DNA from: an uncultured Pseudomonadota bacterium
Lineage (GTDB): Bacteria > Myxococcota_A > Bradymonadia > Bradymonadales > GCA-2716585
DNA: 64,000 nt
NCBI GenBank assembly: GCA_937123825.1
Contig: CAKZKQ010000781.1
Coordinates: 18,434-82,433 of the forward strand
Direction: 5' to 3'
Shown: positions 34,765 to 49,633 of the stretch, one piece after another
How the letters are laid out: each line of letters begins with the position of its first letter
How positions within the stretch are numbered: the first letter of the stretch is position 1
The notes under the pieces: model-generated
The model's database searches: none
The model's input: only the letters and a program-made list of their open reading frames with translations
Told to the model about the DNA's origin: nothing
Program-made: the position numbers and the translations under genes

Positions 34765-35469
34765 TCAGGCCTGCACGCCCTGAGCGTCGGCGGTGTCGAT
34801 TTTGACGCCGATGCCAATGGTGCCGGACATCGTGATGGACTCGATGTAGCGGCCTTTGGCGGCGGCGGGGCGCAGGCGCGTCAGGGTGTCCATCAGAGCC
34901 TGGAAGTTGGCGGCGAGCTTGTCGTCGTCAAAGCTCTTGCGACCCAGGGGGCAGTGGACGATCCCGGCTTTGTCAACGCGGAACTCGACGCGACCGGCCT
35001 TGAGGTCACCGACAACGCGGGTGACGTCCATGGTCACGGTGCCAACTTTGGGGTTGGGCATCAGACCACGCGGCCCGAGGATACGACCGATGGGGCCGAC
35101 GTAGCGCATCTGGTCGGGGGTGGCGACGACTTTGTCGAAGTCGAGCCAGCCATCCTTGATCTTGGCGACCAGGTCTTTGGAGCCGACAAAGTCGGCGCCA
35201 GCGGCCTCGGCCTCTTTGGCCTTGTCGCCTTCGGCGAAGACCAGAACGCGAACGCTTTTGCCGGTGCCGTGGGGCAGGACCACAGCGCCACGGACCATCT
35301 GGTCGGCGTGGCGAGGATCGACACCAAGGTTGACGGCCACATCGATGGAGCAGTCGTAGTTGGCGTAGGTGGTCTGCTTGGCCAGCGAGATGGCCTCAGC
35401 AACGGGGTAGCGGGCTTCACGGTCGACCAGCTTGGCGGCCGCCTCGTACTTTTTACCTTTCTTGGTCAT
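34765..35469 (-). CDS. rplA: 50S ribosomal protein L1
   Basis: 234 aa ([16 protein letters not shown]..., [23 protein letters not shown]). Confidence 0.97.
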   Translation of the reverse strand: MTKKGKKYEAAAKLVDREARYPVAEAISLAKQTTYANYDCSIDVAVNLGVDPRHADQMVRGAVVLPHGTGKSVRVLVFAEGDKAKEAEAAGADFVGSKDLVAKIKDGWLDFDKVVATPDQMRYVGPIGRILGPRGLMPNPKVGTVTMDVTRVVGDLKAGRVEFRVDKAGIVHCPLGRKSFDDDKLAANFQALMDTLTRLRPAAAKGRYIESITMSGTIGIGVKIDTADAQGVQA

Positions 35470-35535
35470 CAGGGAACCTCACCACATCTTTAAGAAGTCA
35501 ATCAAACCATTTGGAGCATCAGCGCGACGCCAACA

Positions 35536-35964
35536 TCAGGCGTCGATCACCGTCACGCCCATCGAACGGCAGGTACCGGCAACGGTGCGCATGGCCGCTT
35601 CAACATCGTCGGTGTTCAGGTCAGGCAGTTTGATCTCGGCGATCTTGCGCACCTGCTCCTGGGTGATTTTGCCAACTTTCTTACGGTTGGGCTCACCGGA
35701 GCCGCCCGACAGGCCCAGTTCCTTCAGGATGAGGACGGGGGCCGGAGGGGTTTTGGTGATGAAGCTGAACGACCGGTCGGCGAAGACGGTGATGATCACA
35801 GGAATGATCATGCCCATCTGATCGCGGGTGCGGTCGTTGAACTCCTTGCAGAACTGCATGATGTTGACGCCATGCTGACCGAGCGCAGGACCGACCGGCG
35901 GCGAAGGGTTGGCCTTGCCGGCGGGAACCTGAAGTTTGATCTGTCCAGTAACTTTCTTGGCCAT
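35536..35964 (-). CDS. rplK: 50S ribosomal protein L11
   Basis: 142 aa ([43 protein letters not shown]). Confidence 0.97.
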   Translation of the reverse strand: MAKKVTGQIKLQVPAGKANPSPPVGPALGQHGVNIMQFCKEFNDRTRDQMGMIIPVIITVFADRSFSFITKTPPAPVLILKELGLSGGSGEPNRKKVGKITQEQVRKIAEIKLPDLNTDDVEAAMRTVAGTCRSMGVTVIDA

Positions 35965-36095
35965 GACAGCGCGTCTCCCAAATTTACATGTAACATCGTG
36001 GGGTCATCATCGCGCGCCGCACACAAGGGCACCCATCCAGACCCGCATTCCATTCAGCGGCGGACTTTCTACACCGCCGTAACCTATAAGGCAAA

Positions 36096-36629
36096 TCAAA
36101 TCTTCTCGACCTGGGAAAACTCCAGCTCGACGGGCGTGTCGCGCCCAAAAATCTGGACCAGCACCTTGAGGCGCTTCTTCTCCTCATCGACCTGCTCAAC
36201 GCGGCCGCTGAAGTTGGAGAATGGTCCGTCGATGACCTTGATGCCGTCGCCCTCGGCGAAGGAGTGGATCATCGTCGGCTCTTTCTGACCCTCTTCCATG
36301 CGGTTGGTGATCCGCCGCACTTCATCTTCGCGCAGGGGCACGGGCGCAACAGCGTTGCCAACAAAGCCGGTGATCTTGGGCGTGTTCTTGACCAGGTGCC
36401 ACGTCTCGTTGTCCAACTCCATGTGGATGAGCATGTAACCGGGGAAGAACTTGCGGGTGGACTGACGGCGCTGACCCTTGCGGACCTCAACGACCTCTTC
36501 GGTGGGGATGAGAATCTCGCCGATCCTGGCCGCAAGGCCACTGGTCCGGGCACGCTCTTCCAAGCTCAGCTTGGCGCGGTTCTCATACCCGGAGTACGTG
36601 TTGACCGCGTACCACTTCATCTCACCCAT
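36096..36629 (-). CDS. nusG: Transcription termination/antitermination factor NusG
   Basis: 177 aa with an NGN domain (KWYAVNTYSGYENRAK) and a KOW domain (GDGIKVIDGPFSNFSGRVEQVD). GGAGG lies upstream. Confidence 0.95.
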   Translation of the reverse strand: MGEMKWYAVNTYSGYENRAKLSLEERARTSGLAARIGEILIPTEEVVEVRKGQRRQSTRKFFPGYMLIHMELDNETWHLVKNTPKITGFVGNAVAPVPLREDEVRRITNRMEEGQKEPTMIHSFAEGDGIKVIDGPFSNFSGRVEQVDEEKKRLKVLVQIFGRDTPVELEFSQVEKI

Positions 36630-36713
36630 CCGTCACCCCTCCAACAGACTCACGCCTTTGTTGTGCTTGCTTTGCGCCGTTTGACGATCCATCCACAGCC
36701 GATCGCACTGCCC

Positions 36714-37091
36714 TCAGAGCAGGATCAGGTCCGTGAGCCACTTCCAGAAGAAGTCGAAGATCGCCAGAATGCCCGACAGGACCAGCGAGAAAACAATCAC
36801 CACGATCGTGTGCTGCTTGGTCTCAGGCCATTTGGGCCAGGTCACCTTGGACAGCTCCACGGCGATCTCTGAGGCCCAGGTCTGGACGTCCGCCCGGCTC
36901 CAGGCGTAGAAAACGCCGCCAGCGGCCAGAACCAGCCCCACAACCCCTGACAGACGGATCGCCTCACCGGCGATCAGCATGTCGGTCGTTCCCGCGGTGT
37001 CCAACGCCAGCGCGGTGGCCTTCTGGAAGATGACCCAGAAGATCAGCCCCGCCACGACGAAGCTCAAGTTGATATAGCGTGCGTACTGCAT
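36714..37091 (-). CDS. secE: Preprotein translocase subunit SecE (3-TM form)
   Basis: The C-terminal signature is ELSKVTWPKWPETKQHTIVVIVF, in the conserved position upstream of nusG. Confidence 0.85.
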   Translation of the reverse strand: MQYARYINLSFVVAGLIFWVIFQKATALALDTAGTTDMLIAGEAIRLSGVVGLVLAAGGVFYAWSRADVQTWASEIAVELSKVTWPKWPETKQHTIVVIVFSLVLSGILAIFDFFWKWLTDLILL

Positions 37092-37153
37092 ACTTGTTGC
37101 ATTGCCTCCAAACTAAAGGACCTCCCGAGCACGCGCCCAGAAGGTCCTTCAAA

Positions 37154-37226
37154 CAGGCCAGGCAGGACTCGAACCTGCAACCTCCGGATTTGGAGTCCGG
37201 TGCACTGCCAATTGTGCTACTGGCCT
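37154..37226 (-). tRNA. tRNA-Trp(CCA)
   Basis: Folds as AGGCCAG-UA-GCAC-AAUUGGCA-GUGC-A-CCGGA-CUCCAAA-UCCGG-AGGUU-GCAGG-UUCGAGU-CCUGC-CUGGCCU-G. Confidence 0.93.
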
Positions 37227-37361
37227 ATGCAGCCCAGATGTTTTTGATGGGTCGCCTTGGCGATCGCATCCACACCCGGGCCATACCTGTCTGGTCTCTT
37301 CAACCCGCAACCCCTCGGACTTATGCCCGTTTGTTGTTGCGGGTTAGAGAGGCCGCCGACC

Positions 37362-38555
<1,194 letters not shown>

Positions 38556-38754
38556 CGGAATCCTCCCTCGACAACACTACGACGGATCGCTCGGTTGCTT
38601 GGATCATCATCAAGTATACCCCGACCACGTTTTGATACACCTGTCCCCTTGAAAACTAAACAAGGGGATCAAACCATTCAGGCCATCAAACCGCACCGAG
38701 GCGTTTCAGAATTTTCTTCCGATCGCCCTGACACAAACGCCAGGCGCGACGAAA

Positions 38755-38827
38755 AGCCCATGACCGGACTTGAACCGGTGACCTCATCCTTACCAAGGAT
38801 GTGCTCTACCTGCTGAGCTACATGGGC
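38755..38827 (-). tRNA. tRNA-Thr(GGU)
   Basis: GCCCAUG-UA-GCUC-AGCAGGUA-GAGC..CAUCC-UUGGUAA-GGAUG..CCGGU-UCAAGUC-CGG..CAUGGGC-U. Confidence 0.92.
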
Positions 38828-38848
38828 ATGGTTACAAACGAACCAAGG

Positions 38849-38921
<73 letters not shown>

Positions 38922-38964
38922 ACCAGAACCAGCTTCCAAAAGAAAACCAATTCAAATCGAACCA

Positions 38965-39047
38965 TGGTGGGAGTTGGATTCGAACCAACGTAGGCGTAAG
39001 CCAGCGGGTTTACAGCCCGCCCCCTTTAGCCACTCGGGCATCCCACC
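38965..39047 (-). tRNA. tRNA-Tyr(GUA), long variable arm
   Basis: GGUGGGA-UG-CCCGAGUGGCUAAAGGGG..GCGGGCUGUAAACCCGC.. followed by a long variable arm, then ..GUUGG-UUCGAAU-CCAAC-UCCCACC-A. Confidence 0.92.
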
Positions 39048-39171
39048 GAGTAGAAACATCTGCCCTGACCCATTCATTAAATCCAGACAACATCAAACAG
39101 CCTGGTCAGGACGCATGCCTCTTTATGCGCATTGGGGTGATATGTCAAGAACCGACGCCGCCGATTTTTGA

Positions 39172-39244
39172 AGCTGGCGGTGGGACTCGAACCCGCGACC
39201 TGCTGATTACAAATCAGCTGCTCTACCAACTGAGCTACGCCAGC
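39172..39244 (-). tRNA. tRNA-Thr(UGU)
   Basis: GCUGGCG-UA-GCUC-AGUUGGUA-GAGC..GCUGA-UUUGUAA-UCAGC..GCGGG-UUCGAGU-CCCAC-CGCCAGC-U. Confidence 0.92.
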
Positions 39245-39363
39245 GCGTTCTTACATCACCCAGACCCCACTTGCACCGTCGAAACAGTGAAGTACCCCGT
39301 GGGGCCGCGGCGGACGATGGATATAAGCGAAGCATGTGGGCATGTCAAGCCCGATCTGGCGCA

Positions 39364-40125
39364 TTATTGCACTTTCCGCCCTGTCCACCCCTGCTGACGC
39401 CTCACTTCATAGATCAACATCGCCGCCGCTGCAGACACATTGAGGCTCTCCACACCCTCCATCAGCGGCAAGGTCAGGTGGTGATCGCACCCCTTGGCCA
39501 CCAAACGCCGGATCCCGCTGTGTTCCGAGCCCATCACCAACGCCACCGGGCCTTTCAGATCCACCTGCCACGGCGATCGCCCCGAGCGCGTCGCCGCCCC
39601 CGCCACCCAAAACCCTTCGGCCTTCAGGCGCTCGATCGTCCGGCTGAGGTTTCCCACGCGGATCACTGGCACCTTGCGCGCCATCCCCGCGCTCGATCGC
39701 ACCGCCGTCGGGGTCACCGGGCTCGCCCGGCGCTCCGGGATGATCACCGCCTCGACACCAAACGCCGCCGCCGATCGGATGATCGCCCCCAGGTTCATCG
39801 GATCCTGCACCTGATCAAGGATCAGCACCAACGGATCCACACCCTCGGCCCGATCTCTGCTCGCCGACGCCAACCAATGATCAAAGCCCACGTACTGAAA
39901 CGGCCGCACCTCCAACGCCAACCCCTGATGGTTGCCGCCCCGGCTGCGCTCATCCAGCTCTTCGGGAGAGATCGGCGAGATCTTGATCTTCGCCTTGCGG
40001 GCCGCTGCGGTGATCTTGTCGAGGCCTTTCTTGCGGCGGCTCGACACCCACAACCTCAGCGCCCCTTCGGGATCCCCCTCGAGCGTCTCCATCACCGGAC
40101 GCATCCCGTAAACCCAATCCGTCAT
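39364..40125 (-). CDS. rlmB: SpoU/TrmH-family RNA 2'-O-methyltransferase, RlmB-like
   Basis: 253 aa with an N-terminal substrate-binding domain and SpoU motifs (LILDQVQDPMNLGAIIRSA, LVMGSEHSGI, LPLMEGVESLNVSAAAAMLIYE). Confidence 0.75.
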   Translation of the reverse strand: MTDWVYGMRPVMETLEGDPEGALRLWVSSRRKKGLDKITAAARKAKIKISPISPEELDERSRGGNHQGLALEVRPFQYVGFDHWLASASRDRAEGVDPLVLILDQVQDPMNLGAIIRSAAAFGVEAVIIPERRASPVTPTAVRSSAGMARKVPVIRVGNLSRTIERLKAEGFWVAGAATRSGRSPWQVDLKGPVALVMGSEHSGIRRLVAKGCDHHLTLPLMEGVESLNVSAAAAMLIYEVRRQQGWTGRKVQ

Positions 40126-40126
40126 C

Positions 40127-40489
40127 TCACTGACCCCCTCTGGGCGCAGGCACCAGGCGGCGCACCAGGTACACCAGTGCCCCGATCACCGCCACGCCCG
40201 CAAACACAGAGATCAACACAAAGTCCACTTCGTACGTGCCCGCAAGCCAGTGGCCCCCGTCGCCGCCTCCAGACGCCCCAGAAGGCCCCGAGCCTCCCAC
40301 GACCCCCTCAGCCCCCTGCAAGCGCAAGCCTTTCGTTAAAGCGCCCTCCAGGAGCAACCAAAGCACACGACCCATAGCACGACCTCCATCGACTGTTGTG
40401 CGCGTCACATTCAAGGCCCCTACACTCCCACGGAAAAAAGAGCGGGTCCAGAGGCCACAAAAACCACAAAAGGCCAGCGCGCCGCCCAT
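40127..40489 (-). CDS. Small hypothetical membrane protein (start uncertain)
   Basis: The ORF stop (40127-40129) lies 1 nt from the rlmB ATG (40123-40125). A C-terminal TM segment is FVLISVFAGVAVIGALVYLV. Candidate starts are 40489 and 40375. No homology recognised. Confidence 0.3.
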   Translation of the reverse strand: MGGALAFCGFCGLWTRSFFRGSVGALNVTRTTVDGGRAMGRVLWLLLEGALTKGLRLQGAEGVVGGSGPSGASGGGDGGHWLAGTYEVDFVLISVFAGVAVIGALVYLVRRLVPAPRGGQ

Positions 40490-40587
40490 CAATAAGAGCA
40501 ACACACCGGCCCCTCGCCTCTCCAAACCATCTCCCAGTCGTGACAGACCACCCCGTGGGGGTGGCCTACGCACGCGGTGGGAATGGC

Positions 40588-42219
<1,632 letters not shown>

Positions 42220-42281
42220 CTATATCTCCATTCACATCAGGTTCTGGGTTGAGAAACATTGGGTGAGGGCCAGCGGCCTTC

Positions 42282-42572
42282 TCAGTCCTCGATGATCGCC
42301 AGGACATCGTCCTCTTTGAGGATCAGCAGGTCTTCGCCACCGATCTTGATCTCGGTGCCGGCGTACTTGCCAAAGAGGATGCGGTTGCCCTCGGCCACGG
42401 CCAGGGGCAGCAGGTTGCCGGACTTGCCAGCTTTGCCCGGGCCAGCGGCGCGGACGACGCCCTCAAGGGGCTTCTCTTTGGCGGTGTCGGGGATGATGAT
42501 CCCACCGCGGGTGGTCTCTTCCTGCTCCAGGCGCTTGACGATGAGGCGATCGCCCATGGGCTTGATCTTCAT
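42282..42572 (-). CDS. groES: Co-chaperonin GroES, copy 1
   Basis: 96 aa ([35 protein letters not shown]). Confidence 0.97.
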   Translation of the reverse strand: MKIKPMGDRLIVKRLEQEETTRGGIIIPDTAKEKPLEGVVRAAGPGKAGKSGNLLPLAVAEGNRILFGKYAGTEIKIGGEDLLILKEDDVLAIIED

Positions 42573-42712
42573 GGTGCACTCTCCATGTATCTTGATGAAT
42601 CTATTTTGTTCTTGCTTCTAAATGTGTTCGGGTCCCGCGGCCCAGGCACCCGAGGGTGCCCTTGCGGCCGCAAGCTTGAAGGTGTGGTCAGACCACAGGG
42701 GACAGGTCAGGC

Positions 42713-44419
<1,707 letters not shown>

Positions 44420-44554
44420 TCAACAGCCGCCAAACTCTGCTTGAGGTCCTTTGCTGACCCGACACGGTCGGCGACTTGTGTGCTGTATGGAGGTGCAAAA
44501 GCGTTTTGGGGGTGCTGGGGCGCAGCGCCTGCGCGCCCGCTGCACCGGCCGTCA

Positions 44555-44848
44555 TCACTCGTCTTCGAGCACGGCCAGGATGTCGTCCTCTTTGAGGATC
44601 AACAGGTCTTCACCGCCGAACTTGATCTCGGTGCCGGCGTACTTGCCAAAGAGAATGCGGTCGTTGGCGTTGATGTTCAGAGCGCGGAAGGAGCCGTCCT
44701 CTTTGCGGGCACCAGCGCCGACCGACACCACGCGCCCTTCGAGGGGCTTCTCCTTGGCGGTGTCGGGGATGATGATCCCACCACGGGTGGTCTCTTCCTG
44801 CTCCAGGCGCCGAACCAGAACGCGGTTGTAAAGCGGCTTGATCTTCAT
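44555..44848 (-). CDS. groES: Co-chaperonin GroES, copy 2
   Basis: The ATG at 44848 gives [35 protein letters not shown]. Confidence 0.96.
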   Translation of the reverse strand: MKIKPLYNRVLVRRLEQEETTRGGIIIPDTAKEKPLEGRVVSVGAGARKEDGSFRALNINANDRILFGKYAGTEIKFGGEDLLILKEDDILAVLEDE

Positions 44849-44904
44849 CTTCTCTCTCCACTCATCCAAATCAATTCAATGAAAGCCCCACCCATTGGGG
44901 GCCA

Positions 44905-44931
44905 TTAGCACTCTCACTGACAGAGTGCTAG
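44905..44931. promoter_or_regulatory. CIRCE operator (HrcA binding site) upstream of groES copy 2
   Basis: ttagcactc-tcactgaca-gagtgctag matches the consensus TTAGCACTC-N9-GAGTGCTAA in 17 of 18 arm positions. It lies 57 nt upstream of the groES-2 ATG. Confidence 0.85.
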
Positions 44932-45358
44932 CTGTCGTTCGAACGGGGGTTGTATTAGACACCTGCTCTTGGGCGTCAAGCTCACCGTTGATTTTTTTCT
45001 GGCAGCGTCTCCCACCTCCCAAAGCCAGCCCGTCAGCTACGACATCGACCACCATTAGTGCGATCAATGCGCGCGAGGGCCCTTCCAGTGGGCCACGCTT
45101 TGCCCTTTTGCTCTCTTCTGCTACGTTTGAGGCTCGTGTTGTGTGCGCCAAAGGGTGCAAACCCCCGCAAACCCCCAAAGCCGGGGTGCGACAGGCCACC
45201 GACACACCCACAAAAAACGGAAACCCAGACGCGCGACGACCCACACGTTGCCATCACCCCTCAGGGCTCATATGTGTGCCCGCACACAAGGGGTTGAATG
45301 CACCGGGTTGTCATAGACCGCTTTGCAAGCCCCAGGCCCCGGACGCCTGGAGAGGACC

Positions 45359-48300
45359 ATGAAGAGACACAGCCTGTTGATGCTCGCGACGCTGCTCGCC
45401 GTCGCAGCATGGCCAACCACAGAGGCCGAAGCCTTCTCCAACCGGGTGGCGCAGTTCCCCAACGGCGACTGCGACCACTGTCACGTCTTCCCTGGCGGCC
45501 CGCGCACGGCCTTTGGTCTGGACGTGGCCCGCACTCTCCAGAACGGTGCTGTGAACTGGAGCGCCCTCTTCAGCCTTGATTCTGACGGGGACGGTTTTAC
45601 CAACGGCGAGGAGCTTGGCGATCCCTTTGGTCAGTGGCAGCGCGGCAACCCCGACCCGGATTACTACGGCGGCGACCCGGCCTACGACAACATCTTCCCG
45701 ACCCCCTTTGGCAATGCCCCGGTGCTGCAGGACGTGACCGTCACAGTGGAAGAAGACGGGACGTACACCGGCACAGTCACCGCAGAGGACGCCGACGGCG
45801 ATGACCTCTACCTGCGCGTGGTTGCGGAGCCTGAGTACGGCACGCTGGACTTCGACGCCGAGACCGGCGAGTTCACCTACACGCCCGACGCCAACTACGA
45901 CGGCGATGACAGCTTCGCGTTCCAGGCCTGGGACGGTCGCAACATCTCTGGCGAGGTGGTCGATGCGCTCTTTGTGGCCGATCCGGGGGTGATCACGATC
46001 GACATCACGCCGGTCAACGACCTGCCTGAGATCACCACCGAAGGCGATCAGACCGTCAACGAAAACGGCCAACTCTTCTTCTCCGTCAGCGGCGAAGACC
46101 TCGAAGACGGCGACGTGACTCTGGGCGCGGTGGATTTGCCAGAGGGCGCCACCTTTGATCCCGACACGGGCTTCTTCAACTGGCAGCCCAACTACTTCCA
46201 GTCCGGGGTCTACACGATCTCCTTCACCGCCACGGACAACGACCAGGGCGTGGCCACCGAAGAAGTCGAGATCGAAGTCATCAACGTCAACCGCCCCCCG
46301 GAGATCGAGGAGATCGGCGGCACGCTCGAAGGTCAGGAGGGCGACGCGCTGACGCTCAGCGCAGTGGCAGTCGATCTCGACAACGAAGAGCTGACCTACA
46401 CCTGGAACTTTGGCGACAACTCCGAGCCGGTCAGCGGCGTGGGGCTCTCCGAGGTCACCCACACCTTCGTCCAGGACGGCGACTTCACGGTCCTGCTGAC
46501 GGTCTCAGACGGCACCGACAGCGACTTTGACACCATCGAGGTGGTCCTGACCAACGTCCTGCCGGTGGTCGAGGCGGGCCAGCCGCAGACCGCCCCTGAA
46601 GGCACCCCTGTGGCGCTGGTGGGCAGCTTTGTGGATCCGGGCATCAACGACAACCACGACTATCTGTGGGAGTACGGCGACGGCGGCACCAACGACAACC
46701 TTGAGGTCAACCACGCCTACGGCGACGACGGCACCTACACGGCCTCTTTGACGGTTTTTGACGACGACGGCCAGGGCGAAGACTCGGTCCAGATCACGAT
46801 CACCAACGTGGCCCCCGTGGCCAACGCTGGCGGCGACCGCACCATCGATGAGGGCACGCCCTACACCTTTGACGGTCAGTTTGAAGACCCCGGCTTTGAC
46901 GACGAGCACACCTACCTGTGGAACCTGGGCGACGGTCAGACCAACACCAACCGTCAGGCCACCCACACCTACGCCGACCAGGGCACCTTCACGGTCTCCT
47001 TCCAGGTCAGCGACGATGACGGCGGCACCGACACCGACACCATCTCGGTGCAGGTCAACAACGTGGCCCCCTCGGTCGTCAGCGAGCCGCCGCTCTACGC
47101 CATCCTTGAAGAACTCTACGAGTACCAGATTGAAGCCTTCGATCCGGGCGATGACACCATCAGCTACACCTTCATCACCGGCCCCGATGGCATGGAGATG
47201 GACGAAGGCGGGCGGATCACCTACACGCCCCCCGAAGAGGAGCAGGACAACGTCTACACCGTCACCGTCAACGTCAGCGACGAAGACGGCGGTGTCTACG
47301 AGCACTCCTGGGAGTTGCTGGTCGGCCTGCCTGACCGCGACGGCGACGGCGCCAGCGATGAGTGCGAGGAGCAGTACAACCGACTCGACCCCGACGATCC
47401 CACCGACGGCCCGCTGGACTTTGACAACGACGGGCTGACCAACGCCTACGAGTGCCAGAACGGCACCAACCCGATCGTCAGCAACGCCCCCAACGCGCCC
47501 AGCATCAACCGTCCCTTCGACGGTCAGTTGGTCAACACCCCCGACGTGAGCTTGAGCGTCAACAACTCGATCGACCCCGACGGGGATCGGGTGACCTACT
47601 TCTTTGCCCTCTACAGCGACGCCGCATTGACCCAGACGGTCCAGGAGTGGGAGCAGGTCAGCGAAGGCGACAACATCACCACCGTGGACGTGATCGCCAA
47701 CCTGACCGAGGACGGCGCCTACTACTGGCGCGTGCGCGCCTACGACGGCAACGGCTACAGCCCCTACAGCGACGTGGCCCAGTTCCGTTACTCGCTCTTC
47801 AACGACGCCCCCTCAATCCCGCAGCCGCTCAGCCCCATCGGCATCGTCCAGATCAACCCGGTCATCTTCAGCGTCTCGGAGGCGATCGACCCTGAGGACG
47901 AGCTGCCGGTGACGTACGACTTCCAGGTCTTCAACGAAGAGCAGGTCTTGCACGACTCGGCGCTGAGCATCCCGGGCCGCGGCCCGCAGGTGCAGTGGGT
48001 CAGCACCGTCGAGTACGAAGAGAACGCCACCTACACCTGGCGCGTGCGCGCCAACGACGTGCGCGGCATCAGCTCCGTCTGGAGCGACTACCAGACCATT
48101 CAGATCAACCAGGTCAACTCGCCGCCGCCCACCCCCTCCCCTCTGGCCCCCGATCAGGGCGCCACGGTCAACAACCCGGTGGGCCTGCGCTTTGTCGCCG
48201 ATGGCGTGGAAGACGAAGACGGCGACGTGCTCTCCTACACCTTCCGCCTGGCCACCGAGAACACCTTCGCGCCAAACAGCATCGTGGCCCAGTCCGAGCC

Positions 48301-49228
48301 CATGCCGGCGGGCCCTGGCGATCAAGCCGCCTGGGCGCTGCCCCAGGAAGTGACCCTGGAAGAGAACCGCACCTACTACTGGGACGTGCGGGCTTATGAC
48401 GGCGAGGCTTACAGCCCCCAGGCCATCCGCAGCTTCCTCTTTAGTGTGGAGAACGAGGCGCCGCTGAAGGTCACCGTTCAGAGCCCCGCCGACGGGGTCA
48501 ACCTGACGGTCACCGACCCGACCTTCTCCTGGATCAACGTCTCGGACCCCGAAGGCAGCCCGGTCACCTACATCCTTGAGGTCTACGGCGACGAGCGCCT
48601 GGGCCGCCGCCTGCGCCGCCTTGAGGGCATTGAGCCCACCGGCGTCGAGGGTGACCTGACCGAGGCCAACGTGCAGCCTCTGGAAGATGAGGGCGGCGCC
48701 TTCTGGTGGCGCGTGCGCGCGGTGGACGCCGACGACCAGCGCGGTGAGTGGAGCGACGTGGCCGGGTTCACCATCAGCGTCACCGGCGAGCCGCCCACGG
48801 CCCCGGTGGTCCTCGACCCCAAAGACGATCAGGAGTTCACCTTTGGTGACGAGGTGGTCTTGACCTGGGAGAACGCCACCGACGATCAGGGCGCGGCGTT
48901 GGTCTACACCGTGGAGGTCCTCAACGGCGCTGGCGCCCTCTTCACCAGCCAGACCGTCGATGAAGACGCCAGCGGCACCACGTCGGCCACCGTCAGCCTG
49001 GCGCTGGCCCCCGGGGACTACTCCTGGCGCGTGCAGGCCAACGACGGCGAGCTGGACAGCCCCTGGAGTGACTCGGGCACCTTCAAGGTGGCCGAGGTGG
49101 TCGCGCCGCCGCAGCCGACCCAGACCAGCGGCTGCGCCCAGGCCCCCGCCGAGCGACCCGCTGGCCCCGGCGGCCTGGCGATGATGCTGGCGCTGCTGGC
49201 TTTGGGCTTTGTGATCCGCCGCCGCTGA
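45359..49228 (+). CDS. Giant secreted adhesin-like protein: CxxCH-containing N-domain, cadherin/Ig-like, multiple PKD, TSP3-type Ca-binding, about 8 Ig/FN3-like repeats, C-terminal sorting tag
   Basis: GGAGAGG precedes the ATG at 45359. Signal LATLLAVAAWPTTEAEA. PKD units are of the type LTYTWNFGD...VTHTF..DG.FTV.LTVSD. TSP3 motif DRDGDGASDECE..DPDDPTDGPLDFDNDGL. Repeats end in YYWRVRAYDG.G.S.WS. The tail is SGCAQAPAERPAGPGGLAMMLALLALGFVIRRR. Confidence 0.85.
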   Translation: MKRHSLLMLATLLAVAAWPTTEAEAFSNRVAQFPNGDCDHCHVFPGGPRTAFGLDVARTLQNGAVNWSALFSLDSDGDGFTNGEELGDPFGQWQRGNPDPDYYGGDPAYDNIFPTPFGNAPVLQDVTVTVEEDGTYTGTVTAEDADGDDLYLRVVAEPEYGTLDFDAETGEFTYTPDANYDGDDSFAFQAWDGRNISGEVVDALFVADPGVITIDITPVNDLPEITTEGDQTVNENGQLFFSVSGEDLEDGDVTLGAVDLPEGATFDPDTGFFNWQPNYFQSGVYTISFTATDNDQGVATEEVEIEVINVNRPPEIEEIGGTLEGQEGDALTLSAVAVDLDNEELTYTWNFGDNSEPVSGVGLSEVTHTFVQDGDFTVLLTVSDGTDSDFDTIEVVLTNVLPVVEAGQPQTAPEGTPVALVGSFVDPGINDNHDYLWEYGDGGTNDNLEVNHAYGDDGTYTASLTVFDDDGQGEDSVQITITNVAPVANAGGDRTIDEGTPYTFDGQFEDPGFDDEHTYLWNLGDGQTNTNRQATHTYADQGTFTVSFQVSDDDGGTDTDTISVQVNNVAPSVVSEPPLYAILEELYEYQIEAFDPGDDTISYTFITGPDGMEMDEGGRITYTPPEEEQDNVYTVTVNVSDEDGGVYEHSWELLVGLPDRDGDGASDECEEQYNRLDPDDPTDGPLDFDNDGLTNAYECQNGTNPIVSNAPNAPSINRPFDGQLVNTPDVSLSVNNSIDPDGDRVTYFFALYSDAALTQTVQEWEQVSEGDNITTVDVIANLTEDGAYYWRVRAYDGNGYSPYSDVAQFRYSLFNDAPSIPQPLSPIGIVQINPVIFSVSEAIDPEDELPVTYDFQVFNEEQVLHDSALSIPGRGPQVQWVSTVEYEENATYTWRVRANDVRGISSVWSDYQTIQINQVNSPPPTPSPLAPDQGATVNNPVGLRFVADGVEDEDGDVLSYTFRLATENTFAPNSIVAQSEPMPAGPGDQAAWALPQEVTLEENRTYYWDVRAYDGEAYSPQAIRSFLFSVENEAPLKVTVQSPADGVNLTVTDPTFSWINVSDPEGSPVTYILEVYGDERLGRRLRRLEGIEPTGVEGDLTEANVQPLEDEGGAFWWRVRAVDADDQRGEWSDVAGFTISVTGEPPTAPVVLDPKDDQEFTFGDEVVLTWENATDDQGAALVYTVEVLNGAGALFTSQTVDEDASGTTSATVSLALAPGDYSWRVQANDGELDSPWSDSGTFKVAEVVAPPQPTQTSGCAQAPAERPAGPGGLAMMLALLALGFVIRRR

Positions 49229-49633
49229 CCGCCCCTCTTGTGAAGCCTGAATCCTCAGGCCCCGCGACCCCATCAGGCCGCCCCACTACACGCGGCCCGA
49301 TGGACACCACCCCCAACTCAAATCATTGCCCAGGTTCCTGCTCCTATGGCCCTCTGTGCGTCAAACCACACCCGGCCATGTGGGGCGGCATTGCCGTTGG
49401 TAAACGACGGCACATCTGCCAGTAGGCCAAACCGGGCCCAGCCCGACCTGCCGATGAGGCATATTTACCACCACGCCACCATTACATGATGTTGGGCGAC
49501 TTGACGTTTCACGTGAAAGTTTCGATATTCTGTTCAGGCCGCTATCCATGAAGGTCTGACACTCAAACACCGAGCCAGGAGACGGGGCAGAGAGCCTGTG
49601 TCCCGCGCTTTTCCCAGGATTTCCGCAGTGAGC

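Noticed and set aside
34360-35493. 377-aa plus-strand ORF
   Set aside because: It runs antisense through rplA and the rplJ leader, while rplA on the minus strand is unambiguous.
47813-49273. 486-aa minus-strand ORF, plus 45311-46462 and 46505-47305
   Set aside because: They are antisense shadows of adhesin 1 (45359-49228).
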